A stretch of DNA of 63,961 nt, the filler included, from Craspedostauros australis (Eukaryota): NCBI GenBank assembly GCA_030167865.1. It is 17 parts of 17 records of this genome, joined end to end, with 100 filler letters (N's around TTAATTAATTAA, not from the genome) between each part and the next. Parts side by side here need not be neighbours in the genome. Positions count along the whole stretch, not along the records: positions 10,396 to 14,477 come from JALAGF010004707.1; positions 14,578 to 18,347 come from JALAGF010004710.1; positions 18,448 to 21,502 come from JALAGF010004711.1; 14 more parts are not named here. One strand, 5' to 3'. Positions 10,352-21,602 of the stretch are shown in pieces. Numbering within the stretch: the stretch's first letter is position 1; the number at the start of each line of letters is the position of its first letter. The position numbers and the translations under genes were made by a program. Under the pieces are notes generated by a model. It had not been told where the DNA came from. It did no database searches and saw only the letters and a program-made list of their open reading frames with translations.

Positions 10352-11501
10352 NNNNNNNNNNNNNNNNNNNNNNNNNNNNNNNNNNNNNNNNNNNNGAGGT
10401 CCCAAAGCAACGTCATGACGGCGAGCGACTCCACCATCCGTTCCGTGACGCCGATGAAGTCATAGTGACGCAGAATCTCCGTTTGAATGATGTTGGCAAC
10501 GCGTTCTGGATGGTTGCGGACGACGGATGGTGCGACCTTCCGTTCCAAGGCCCGCTTTGGCAAGAGACATCGTGTCTGCCTCCCACGCAGACGATGTTGC
10601 CTCAGAATCGAGATGACATTGTCATCCGTCGGTTTCTACTTCATGCGTGAGACGCGCAGATGATATACCTGTGACAAATCACGGTTGTTGGGCTGTCGCA
10701 CCATTGTCCACAGCAAGGATTCAGGTGCGGGCTTTCGGTCGGCTCCGTGCCATTTGTCATTTGCAAACTCATGACGATTCTGATGCGGGCACACCAAGTT
10801 GCGACTGAACGGATAAGAGTCTGCTGATTCACCGGCAGCATGAGTTGGATTGGAAGGGTGCGGTGCCAATGTGTGATTTGCCGTGGATGCCATCATATGT
10901 GCGAACTGCCGTTTTGCAACTTGATGTGCAATGTGCTCATTCACGCCTTCGCATGTGCTGGATGAAGCCTTGTGCGACTTTACATAGAGGATCCCAATCA
11001 TGGGAAGCTTGGGTTGATTGTATATGAATGAATAGCCTGGCTGGGCTGAATAGTCTGGCTGGGCTGCCGTTGTGGTCGCTTTCTTGTAATGATCATCCGT
11101 TCCCAGGGTTGAGCACCATGCATGGTGCCGTGCTGGTGCCTGGATGTGGTTGAAAGGGACGCCGTGGATGCCTTTCTCACTTGACATGGATGCTGGATGC
11201 GCATGAAATACACGCGCCGTGGAATTGACAAACGGTTCCCACCATTTCGTTCTGACCACATCTGCGGTGTTGTCGTCTGTATTGTTCGTGGAAGGTGCTA
11301 TGGATTGTCGAGTGTCGAGTGTCACGCTGGGTGCCCGATTCTTGATCCTTCGCTTGGGATGTGCGTTTATCATGAACAGCACTCTCCTGCCTCGACTTTG
11401 GTGTCGACGTTGCTTGTGGTGAAGCACCCTTCTCCATGATGGTAGTTGCTTGAGATGGACTACCAGCAGCAGCATCTGTTGACATTCGTTGCGGTGGCAC
11501 G

Positions 11502-13056
11502 TGTCGAGATGTACATGTGAGTATATGTTAAGACGTACGTGTATATGTGCATCGTTCACCCGTTATTCTCTTATACATGTACGGACGGTGTAACTACATT
11601 CGCGTCAATAGTATGCTGCGATTTGTCAGAATCACAACACAAATGGAACACACGAAAATTAGCAGAATTTCTGGAGGAAATTTGCAATAGTTGAAGTTCA
11701 TCTAAAGAACGGACTACTTTTCACTCAGTGTGTTCCTTGTCGCACCATGAAATTATTTTGGCACGAAATTTTGGCGCGAAACCTCCCACCAACAAATACG
11801 GAACAATTACGCTTTTCCCTCCTTCTCCCACTTTCACTCATGAATCACCACTGACTCAAATACTACTCGAGTCAATGGGATCAAGGCACCCTGGGAACTA
11901 TATGCTCTTCTGAACTCTTGCGATGCAGTCAATCTGGATTCCATTGTCAGCTATACCAGCTGGCAACCCTGCACGACAATAGCCAAGAGATCCTCCCTGC
12001 TTCAATACATGCAGGGAATCCTACAACAATTCCCTTGGCTTGACAACCTGTGTTCTTGATCTCAACTTCAATCAAGGTGTCAAGGCTTTGTACTCAACCG
12101 TAGAACGACTACGATGAGATAGTGGAGAAAGAGAGAAAGAGAGGACCTGTCCGCTCGCAGCACTGAACCTCTGAAGGTCAGTGCAGAGCCGCACTACTCA
12201 ATTGATTACCGTTTCTTCATCCTACATCTCAAACTGATCAACTCACAATGCAGACTATTCAAATAACAAATAGCACAACTCAAGGTCAGCACAACAACAC
12301 TAATCTATTCATTGTCATTCACTACTATTCCCCAGACGGTCGCCCCAAGTTGACTTCACCATCAGATTCCTAAAATCTGGCAGTCAACTAGGCCATCCTT
12401 TTCGGATCGTGTCACAATAGTACACAAAAATCCAACTGTAATCAACAATTTCTGAGAGATTCAGGGATATCGTCCGTTCATCCATCAATGAAAACGTATG
12501 GTACCAAGCGAATCTCAAGGTACCTCCCAACTAAACCTCAGATGATGATATCATCTGACAGACTACTGCATCACCAATGGAACGTGACATCTGGAGAGCA
12601 GAAGGACGCTTACTGAAGTTGACAGGATGTCATCATGTCACCATGTCGACATCTGTCTCCATGTCAGAAGCAGAAGGTGAAGATTCAATGACTGAAGGGG
12701 ATGGAGATCATGGATACACAAAGAGGAGTTCAAGTGGTAAGTACTCATGGAGTAGGAACCCGTAGTGAATGAACAGAGTGTCGAATGCGGAGTACACATC
12801 GAACACGGAGTATCGTGCAACACGAACATGGAATATTGAGAGAGAGAGAATACGATAGCAGCGAGAGAGCATCTCGCGTGCCAACTCATAGTCGGACGAC
12901 CCAATCTACAAGATAGACAAACGTGCCAAGAGCATCAGGCAAGAGAATGGACACCAAGAGGATCGGAGTGCTCAACTAATGAAATAGCAAACAGAGCGAC
13001 TATCAACAACACCATCTTCCACAACTGTCGGCATCCAATCACGGAACTTGCCAACA
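11502..13056 (+). mobile_element. Solo LTR, family A, split by a family C element
   Basis: TGTCGAG start at 11502, ...TTGCCAACA end at 13056. LTR sequence resumes at 12438 after the insert. Degenerate 6-bp TSD GGCACG/GACACA. Confidence 0.85.
11689..12437 (+). mobile_element. 749-bp solo-LTR-like element, family C (AGTTG...CAACT)
   Basis: Precise insertion in LTR-A with inverted termini AGTTG/CAACT and 5-bp TSD GCAAT/GTAAT. Homologues at 21139 and 50935. Confidence 0.8.
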
Positions 13057-13182
13057 GACACATCAATATCGGTATCTCGTTGTGCGTTCATCGACATGCC
13101 AGACAGAGCCCCATAGTTGAAGGCAAAGGATGCGATTGCCAGACACAGCATCCCCAGTCTGTATTTCTGGATGACCGACATC

Positions 13183-13827
13183 TGTTGGAAATCCGGGGTT
13201 AGTGTTAGTAAGACCTAATTCGTTGTTAGACCGTACTATTCAGAACTGTGAGCTCATTCTCTTCAGCTCCTTTGCCTTTCGTTTCTCATATAGCATCTCC
13301 TACAGCAGCATCGTGTTATACTGTTGCGTTCATGCATCTCATCATCATGAATCATCGCTTGCATACATGAGATCGCATCCGCAGGCATCCTTTGTCATGC
13401 ACCTTGTCGTGCATATCCTTATTCTACATTCCCTGCGGTACGATTCCACAGTCTTGCGTTTCGCTCTTGATCTCCTGACACCNNNNNNNNNGATTGGTGT
13501 CATGATTGGTGTCATGGATGATGCCCTTTCTGAGTTGTTCTAGTCCGTGGGTGACACGTGCCATGATCTCCAGATGGGTTGATCATCAATGTGTCGGTCA
13601 TCATCTTCCTTCACATGATTTAGATATCGTGGCCTTTTCTTGATTCACAGAGGACAGGCTTGTTTNNNNNNNNNNNNNNNGGTCATTCCCGTGTGATTCG
13701 TGTCGTGGGTGGAATGGATAATATTCAATGGTGTGACGAATAATATCCAAAGGTGTGACAAATAATGTTGGGAGTTGCGGCAATCATGGGTATCTTTCTG
13801 ACATAGTCGTACCCTCGATTCCTGACA
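13183..13827. mobile_element. Solo LTR, family B, with 6-bp TSD GACATC
   Basis: TGTTGGAAATCCGGGG...GATTCCTGACA, with GACATC at 13177-13182 and 13828-13833. Confidence 0.9.
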
Positions 13828-14577
13828 GACATCGTTGATTGAGGGTTGGAAGTCGTTGCGTTGGTCTCACAGTCCTGCTGGCACGGGCCTTGCCTTGCTT
13901 CTTCTCCTTGCCTTGCCAATACCCAGCAGCTTCTCAATCGCAACCGTCGGCAATTGGGTCAGCTCTTGTTTTGTGGAATATTGTATTTGTAGGAGTTAGT
14001 CAGAGGGCGTACAACCGGGGCATGCAAGCCTTCGGTGACCTCCAGTACTCGGCCAGGCCATGACAGCTTTCAATGTACTTCTTCCCTCTTTACTAATCGT
14101 TTTCATCGAAAATACTGGTCGGAAATAGTCCTCGGACAACTCACAATAGGACCCCATTCAGGGTTCGCCATCTCCACGTTCCACGAAAACAGGTCCGATG
14201 ACTGTTTTCACAATGTCTCGTGTTGAGGCAGTCATCCGTCGTCACTCAACACTCGCCGGCTTGTCATGTGGGGCTCGCACGCGTGCCATTTAGCACTTCG
14301 TGACCCTGGTCCTTTTCGAAACCTCTTTTCTTGTTTGCTGCGACATGGGGCAATTATCACGTTATGGTGAAGTTGGTCGCGAGTCGTTCATCTCCGCCCC
14401 TTGCACATTTGTTACGCGGTGTTGGCTCCTTCGCCATGCGCCTCATATTTCAGAGTCTCACGAGGAGCCACATTGGGNNNNNNNNNNNNNNNNNNNNNNN
14501 NNNNNNNNNNNNNNNNNNNNNTTAATTAATTAANNNNNNNNNNNNNNNNNNNNNNNNNNNNNNNNNNNNNNNNNNNN

Positions 14578-16563
14578 GTGAGAAGTGGACCCTCTGCGAG
14601 CTGAGCGGTCAAGACCGTATTTGTCTCGGATATCCACCTCTGTGTTGGAAATCCGGGGTTAATGTTAGTAGGAACTAATTGGTTGTTAGATCGTACTGAT
14701 TTAGAACTGTGAGCTCATTCTCTTCAGCTCCTTTGCCTTTCATTTCACATATAGCATCTTCTGCAGCAGCATCATGTTATACTGTTGCATTCATGCATCT
14801 CATCATCATGGATCTTCGCTTGCATTCATGAGATCATATCTGCAGGCATCCTTGTCATGCATCTCGTCATGCATATCATCATTCTACATTCCCTGTGGTA
14901 CGATTCCACAGTCATGTGTTTCTCTCTTGGTCTCCTGACACCAAACTTTACGATTGGTGTCATGATTGATGTCATGGCTGATGCTCTTTCTGAATTGTTC
15001 TAGCCCGTGGATGACACGTGCCTTGATCTTCAGATGGGGTGATCACCAATCCGTCAGTCATCATCTTCCTTCACATGATTTCGATGTCGTGGCTTTTCTT
15101 GATTCATGGAGGACAGGCTGATTTGCTTGGTAAGACTGAGGTCATTCACGTGTGATTTGTGTCATGGGTGGAATGGATGATATTCAATGGTGTGATGAAT
15201 AATATCCAAGGGTGTGACGAATAATATCCAAGGGTGTGATGAATAGTGTTGGGAGTTGCGGCAATCATGGGTATCTTCGACAGAGTCGTACCCTCGATTC
15301 CTGACACCTCTGTATCGATTATGCCTTGGGCCTGCAAGGCCTCCAGCGCCACGTATACATCATCCCGGAACTCCAGGAGCCTTGGCGGATTCAGTTTCCT
15401 CGTCAAAAGCTTGCCATTACGAAGTCCCGCACCTTCGACTTGTCGCACCATTCGCTTGATCCATTTGCCGGGTTGTAATCCGGTGCCTGAAGTTGTCTTC
15501 ACGCATGGAACGCCGAATCGTGCTCCGTCATGCCTGTTGCTTTTGGTGCGACCGATGATGGCAAGCCGTGCGTGCGGAAGCTTCACATCTTGAAGATGCT
15601 TGAGACTCGAAGAGGTAGCAAGAAGGTCAATTTGTAGCATCTCCTCTTCCCTCAGCCCAGTGCAGAAGGCCACAATTGTAAGCATAGCCACTTCTGCGGT
15701 TCTCTTGCGCCGGGAGTGATCGTTGTCCATTCTCCACTCTTGCTCCAACAGAGCTTCCAGCCCATGGATCTTGTCAATGGTGTAGGCACGAGCTGGCTTG
15801 CGGATCTGACCCACTCTCCTGTGGGTGCCTTCCATGAATTGAGTGAACCAGAATTGATGCGACGGCACACTTGACATCCACATGCGGGACCTCTTGTATG
15901 CCATGACAGACTCCCCAAGTCCAGCAACACCCGCTTGGTGAATATTGGTGATGACCGACCTGGTGCGTCGAAAGGTCTCCCATTGAACATTGGTCGCATA
16001 GCAACCTGTATCCAAGGACCTGTTAAGTACTGCCATTGCTCCAGCCATGCCACACAAATCTTGAAGCGGGAAGGGCCCCATTGGAGCGCTGATGGATGGG
16101 ATGTTCAACCGATCCGCAAAAGCTTCCATGCGTCGGGCTTCGCGAAGATTTGCCGCGACAGTGGATGGTTCTCTGCTCCAAAAGGCGTCAAGGTTGGCTC
16201 GTCAAATGTAGACAAGCATCTCTCGATCCTGTTGTCTGTGGTTGAGTGGCTTGTGGAGCATGATATTGTGGAAGTGACAGCGATCGCACTGAAACGGCAC
16301 CATGAGATGGTCACCGTTTCGGGCTATTCGGAAGCGAGTCTTGTCGGTATCCGGAGTGAGATCGATACCGTCATCGTCGTTGGCAGTTTGGACAGGAAAG
16401 TTCTTGTCTCCAATCTTGCCATAGCACGAGCCGCACCAAGCTGACCTACAGGGAGCAAAGGGCCCGCGCGGACTGGAGAAGTTCGCGCAGAACACGCCTG
16501 CACCTGATTGGATCAGCTTCCCACACACCTCGCTGCAGCAGAACCTCATTTGGTTCTTCCAAT
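14578..16563 (-). mobile_element. Tyrosine recombinase ORF of a DIRS/Ngaro-like retrotransposon (degenerate, split by LTR-B)
   Basis: Cys-rich N-terminus (CRSAWCGSCY...GDHLMVPFQCDRCHF), stop at 16202, FCTGLREEE (catalytic R) and GRTK. After the LTR the frame continues EVDIRDKYGLDRSARRGSTSH (14642-14578; RSxRRG box). Confidence 0.82.
14643..15306. mobile_element. Solo LTR, family B, with 6-bp TSD CCTCTG
   Basis: Same termini as the 13183 copy, with CCTCTG at 14637-14642 and 15307-15312. Carries one extra 22-bp internal unit (gaataatatccaagggtgtgac). Confidence 0.9.
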
Positions 16564-18347
16564 ANNNNNNNNNNNNNNNNNNNNNNNNNNNNNNNNNNNN
16601 NNNNNNNNNNNNNNNNNNNNNNNNNNNNNNNNNNNNNNNGGTGAGCAGGCCATTCATGACACCGTTCAACCTTGAAGTAGAAGTCACTCAACCGCAACAG
16701 CTTCCTCCGCCACCGACCAGTCATCAATCTGGGTATGCAGACCACGTGCAAGTTCTGGGGTTGCTTGTGCCGAGTTTTGCCAATCTGATCGATCATCGCA
16801 TCCGCAGCTGCAGGAGCAGATTCCCATACAAAATTGCCTCGCCGTTGGCCCGTACTGTACCATCCTTCAGGGGTGAGCCATTCGTATTCGATTCCCTCCA
16901 AACATGTTCTCATGGTGTCCTTGAGATGATTGCCTCTTCGATCTGATGGCTGCAAGTGGAGAGGAATGTGTTGCAGCATGCTCTGTCCAGCCATAACGCC
17001 GGTGCTGTGATCAGCCCGAGACAATCTGTCCGTGCCTTGAAGTATCATCCGATCTCCACTGACATGTATGACATGCAAGATCATGTTTGACTTCATTTCG
17101 AGCAGTCTCATCTCGAGCACCAGGTCCGTCAAGCATTTGGAGGTTGAATTTCCCTTCCAAAACGCACTCTCAGCAGTGGAGTTATCCGTGAAGAGGAACA
17201 CCTCGCTCCCTTCCAGCTTGAACTTGGCAGTCCATTCTTTCAAGGCTTCGACCAAGTTCTTGAGCTCACGCCAGTTTGATGTGCTGGNTTCATTTTCTTC
17301 TGANGTCCATTCGCCGTACTGGAAGGCAATGTCATTGCCGACCTGAAGGGAAGCGCCAAATCCGGCTTGTGATGCATCTGCAAAACCGTGCCAGGCTCGA
17401 ATGGAATGACCAGGCCACATAAGATGTAGTAGTGGCTCTGGTGGTGCAAAGAACTGATGAAGATCCTCAAGGTCGGAAGCAAGACGCAGAGCAGGCTTGA
17501 TGTACTCAGGTGGAGGAGTGGCATCACCTGTTGCCACATGTGTTGATGTTGTCTGGTTGATGTAGCTGAGGATTCTCCAGCCGTCTGCATCCCTTCCTTC
17601 TCTCCATCCATCTATGGTGAGATGGAATTCGATCAGGTAGGGTGTCATTGGCTTGTAGGTCTGACAAAGGTAGTTCAAGAATCCTCGTATGCGTTCCAGC
17701 TTCTTTCGCTCGATGGTGTCACTCTTCACAAGATCTGCCAGGACAGAGGCCACCTGATCGCGGCCCTTGTCCCATTTTTCTTGTGTTGCTGTGGTGTACA
17801 CACCTGAGTCATGGGCCACCACCACTGCCCCAGTCCAAGGACCAGGGGTCCTGGTAGCAGCTCGACGCTTTCTTGCCGCGTCCTGAATACCAAGGTAGGC
17901 CAGCATGTGTCCCACTCGCTTGGTAGCTCGCCAGCAGATGTCTTGTGAGCCTCCAGTAAGACGGACATCGTCCACGTAGATGAAGGCATCTGCTGCAATG
18001 TTGCCGTTGCTGTCCAGTTTCGAAACCCAAGGAAGAGACGGATTGAAATTCACCGATCCAGGGAGGTTCAGCCGGACTTGGCTTCATTGGAACACGTTGA
18101 GCGGATCAGTGTGGGACCCCAGGATAGCTTCTTCAGCGAAGAGCATGGCTTGGACAGCTTGATAAGGCGATGACTTTAAGCCCATTGCTGCCCGATCCCA
18201 TCGCTCCCAAACAAGCTTGTTACCAGCCTTGGGGTCCTCTTCAGTCAGATAGTGTGTGATGTTGACACCGCAGACCCGCTTCAGGCATGGATGAAGCATG
18301 AAATTCAGGAACATCTCTCCAATGTCGTTGTCAGCCATGAAGGTGTT
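16446..18347 (-). mobile_element. RT-RNase H ORF of the same DIRS/Ngaro-like element
   Basis: DIGEMFLNF, MGLKSSPY and YVDD (RT); FADAS, STSNWREL, FTDNSTAE and HVSG...QGTDRLSR (RNase H). Premature stop at 18084. 3' end overlaps the YR ORF in another frame. Confidence 0.88.
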
Positions 18348-18447
18348 NNNNNNNNNNNNNNNNNNNNNNNNNNNNNNNNNNNNNNNNNNNNTTAATTAAT
18401 TAANNNNNNNNNNNNNNNNNNNNNNNNNNNNNNNNNNNNNNNNNNNN

Positions 18448-18826
18448 GACGCGACATGGAATGAACATGACCGGTGAGTATGTGATGATGGCGCAGGAGG
18501 AATACTGAGGAACCGAAGGTCAAGTGGGATCAATCAGACTGAGACCCATGCTGAAGGTACCTGTGCGTCTATGAGAGATGCTGCTCGAATGTAGAAGATG
18601 CAANNNNNNNNNNNNNNNNNNNNNNNNNNNNNNNNNNNNNNNNNNNNNNNNNNNNNNNNNNNNNNNNNNNNNNNNNNNNNNNNNNNNNNNNNNNNNNNNN
18701 NNNNNNNNNNNGATTACACTTGCTGCTGAATTGGAATTGGAGAGTCAAGGAGTTTGTTCTCACAGTTCTAAATTGGTACAGATTGATAACAGATTAATCT
18801 ACTACCCTAACCCCGGATTTCCAACA
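18448..18826 (-). mobile_element. Diverged family-B-related LTR (partial) inserted in Copia RT
   Basis: ccccggatttccaaca (18811-18826) is the reverse complement of the family B terminus. It abuts Copia RT codons HDMTY. Confidence 0.7.
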
Positions 18827-18883
18827 TATGTCATGTCATGAATCACTGGTGAGTAGTGTTCCTGGAAGTCTACGCCTGTAACT

Positions 18884-19089
18884 TATCAGCACAAATACGT
18901 ATAGTGCAAATTACGTTACTCCCATAGCCCCCACTATCTATAAATTTCACTTGTGTTTGGATCAGCAATCGCAATGCCTGTAGCTCAATGGTAGAGCACC
19001 AGTAATTCTCACTGAGGTTCCAGGTTCNAATCCTGGCATGGTACTTTGCTTTTGCTCTCCCCTTGTGATTTTTCGATAGTGCTCTTTCA
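18884..19089 (+). mobile_element. 206-bp tRNA-containing mobile element (family D), copy 1
   Basis: Interrupts Copia RT codons AQV|TGVDF. TSD TAACT (18879-18883) / TGACT (19090-19094). Termini TATCAG...TTTCA. Confidence 0.88.
18974..19044 (+). ncRNA. tRNA-like Pol III cassette (pseudo-tRNA, TTC at anticodon position)
   Basis: A box TAGCTCAATGG, D stem GCTC/GAGC, anticodon stem CAGT/ACTG, T arm CCAGG-TTCNAAT-CCTGG. Acceptor stem is imperfect and position 33 is A instead of U. Confidence 0.75.
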
Positions 19090-21138
19090 TGACTTGTGCA
19101 TATCCACATGCAACGAGCCGTGCTCGATGTGTGCCATTGCGTTTCAACTTGAAGACCCATTTGCATTTGCAGCATCTGCGGCCTTGTGGGATGGCATCTC
19201 ATTTGATCTTGCTGTACACCTTGCGTGTATCCATGGAGCTGAAATCCTTCTTGATGGCTGCTCGGTATCCCTTTCGATGGATGGGATCCGGATGGTTGAA
19301 CACCCCATCGAACGTCGTCAGTTTGATGTGCTTCTTGGATTCTTCGTTCTGGTCCTGAATCGACAGTCCGATGTCGATCGCTGGTATCTCGGCGACGATT
19401 GCATTCATCCCGTATAGTCTGTTGGTGCTGTGATGGATAACCTCTGTCTCTTCTATTTCGTCTACGATTTCATCATCATCTGTGTTCTCGTTGTCATCAC
19501 TCAGCTTGTCAGCTAACTCGTCGCTGAGTTCGTCGCTCTCCTCGTTCGATGATGATTCGTTCTCATCACCTCGTTCCTTCTGACCTGGTTTGTTGTTGTC
19601 TGTGAGCGCGCACAGTACTCTGGGAATCTTCTTCCCTGCAGTTGCCTTGGGATTGTTCTGTCCCTTCCTGCCTCTTGCTTTGTGACATTGGAGTCTCTCC
19701 TTTCTGTCTATATCACGCTTGCTTGGTTTGGTTGGTGGAGGTCTTGATGGTGTACCACGCGCAGGCATTGCTGGTGTGTTCAGAGGAGTGATGCCCTTGT
19801 CATCGTCGGCTTCGTCGCCGGATGGTAGGATCTCGTCATCCTCAGGGTCGGACTCACTCCGATCTTCCTCGTTCTCAAGCAGTTGGGTCGCTGCTTCCTT
19901 GTCCTCATCATTGCTGTCCGATAGGATGTGATACTTGTTCGTGTTGGCAAAGGATACTCTCCTTCGTTCTGTCGTTTGACGCATTGCCGTCCTTGGCGTT
20001 GCTCCCTTCCGTCCAATGGTTGTGAAGCTATCTGCGTTCGTCATTTCTGAATCGTTGAGTGTGTTTGGTGCTTGNNNNNNNNNNNNNNNNNNNNNNNNNN
20101 NNNNNNNNNNNNNNNNNNNNNNNNNNNNNNNNNNNNNNNNNNNNNNNNATGGTCTGTACATGTTGTACACTCCTGATGCATGTTGGTGTGCATATCCAAT
20201 GAACACCATCTCTTCTCCTCTATTCTTGAGCTTGGCGGAGATCCTGCCATAGGTGGTCTTCACAACAACAACCTCTCTGAATGTTTGAAGTGAATCGGCA
20301 TATGGTGGATTGCTGTCAAAGAATTGGCGATGGCAGTGGCAGTGCTTGCAGCTGCTGCCCACAGGCCATGCCTCTATTTGTTGTTGAGTTGTGCTCCGTT
20401 GAGAATGGAACGGATCTTGGTGTAGAGATACGCAAACTTGCGTTCTACTCTACCATTCCGCTGTGGCGTGTTGGACGCCATGAACTCGAATTTCGCATTC
20501 AGTCCTGCATCGATGAGAGTATCCTGCGTGGATTTGTTCTCTCCGCTGTTATCGCCTTGGAAAATGATGTGTTGATCACCTGTGTGTGACTTGATCGTCT
20601 GCACGAATCGTTTGATACCCTGGTTGGTCCCTCTTGTTCTGCAGAAAGAAACTCCAGCAGTGGTCCGTGAAGTCGTCCACGATCAAGGTCCAGTAGCGTT
20701 TATCTCCAAAGCCTATGTGTTTAGTGTAACTGATATCGATGAAGAGGCGCTTGCCACGGCGAGTCGCTCTTGGGATTCTAGTCTTTGAGATGTTCTTCAC
20801 TCTCGCATTCGTGACAGCACAGTCGCGACACACCAGCATCTCGCTGATGATCTTCCATCCGTATTGAGCGGCTGTCCGCTTCATGGTCTCAAGTGGTGCG
20901 TGACGGAGCATTTGGTGTAAGCTCACCATGCTCACCTCCTTGGATGGGCTCTTGATGATGGCTGTGGAAGCCTTGTCATCCTCAGTTGGCATGATGGGAT
21001 GCATCTGCACTCCTGTGATGAATCCGTTGGATGGTGGGAAGATGCGATCGAAGATGATCTTCTTCCCAGCTCTGTTGACGATGTCCATCAGAATGCCGTC
21101 GTTACGATCTGGTAACTGTTGTACAGAGCCTTGTTCGT

Positions 21139-21502
21139 AGTTATGATTCGGGCGTAGTCGGCGCGAATCGGTGGAAGATGTCTCTTGGATCTGCCAGCTT
21201 CGGGATAGCCGTGTGATGCAGTTCAAGAGNNNNNNNNNNNNNNNNNNNNNNNNNNNNNNNNNNNNNNNNNNNNNNNNNNNNNNNNNNNNNNNNNNNNNNN
21301 NNNTATTATGAGTTAGCTTGTGGTGTTAATAGGGTGAAGAAACGATGTCACACAACTTGGCGAGACCCTGCACTGATGTACTTGGTTCAGTGCTCAGGGT
21401 AGATGATCATAGCAGTGCCTGTCGGAATGTGTGTACTCGGATGTGTATGCATCAGTCACACTTGCTTGCCATCATCTAGACTATTTGGTGGCGGAATCAC
21501 GA
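21139..21502 (-). mobile_element. Family C element, 3' half (diverged)
   Basis: Begins AGTTA where Copia homology stops. Shares tagg(a/g)tgaagaaacg and ctgcactga...ggttcagtgct with the reverse complement of 12150-12437. Confidence 0.65.
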
Positions 21503-21602
21503 NNNNNNNNNNNNNNNNNNNNNNNNNNNNNNNNNNNNNNNNNNNNTTAATTAATTAANNNNNNNNNNNNNNNNNNNNNNNNNNNNNNNNNNNNNNNNNN
21601 NN

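Larger units (their letters stand above)
10396..13182 (-). pseudogene. Golgi-type (galactose-3-O-like) sulfotransferase pseudogene interrupted by insertions
   Basis: N-terminal signal anchor MSVIQKYRLGMLCLAIASFAFNYGAL (13181-13100) joins in frame to VPPQRM (11500) once LTR-A and one TSD copy are removed. 5'-PSB-like YVKSHKASSST, 3'-PB-like WTMVRQP and YDFIGVTERMVESL motifs are present. In-frame TAG at 10636 and an apparent frameshift near 11310. Confidence 0.75.
18827..21138 (-). mobile_element. Degenerate Copia pol (integrase, start of RT), same family as 44237..47389
   Basis: HQMLRH...CRDC zinc finger, LFIDIS, PQRNGRVER, CKWVFKLKRNGTHRARLVACGY. Frameshifts near 20580 and 20370, plus insertions. 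Confidence 0.9.

Noticed and set aside
10296..10395. Recurring TTAATTAATTAA palindrome (16 copies)
   Set aside because: Always centred in identical N44 flanks, so it is an artificial six-frame-stop contig linker. ORFs ending in LIN or N at these sites are artefacts.
18884..19089. Ordinary tRNA-derived SINE
   Set aside because: The tRNA part is internal with a conserved 90-bp upstream leader, there is no tail, the ends are fixed and both TSDs are 5 bp.
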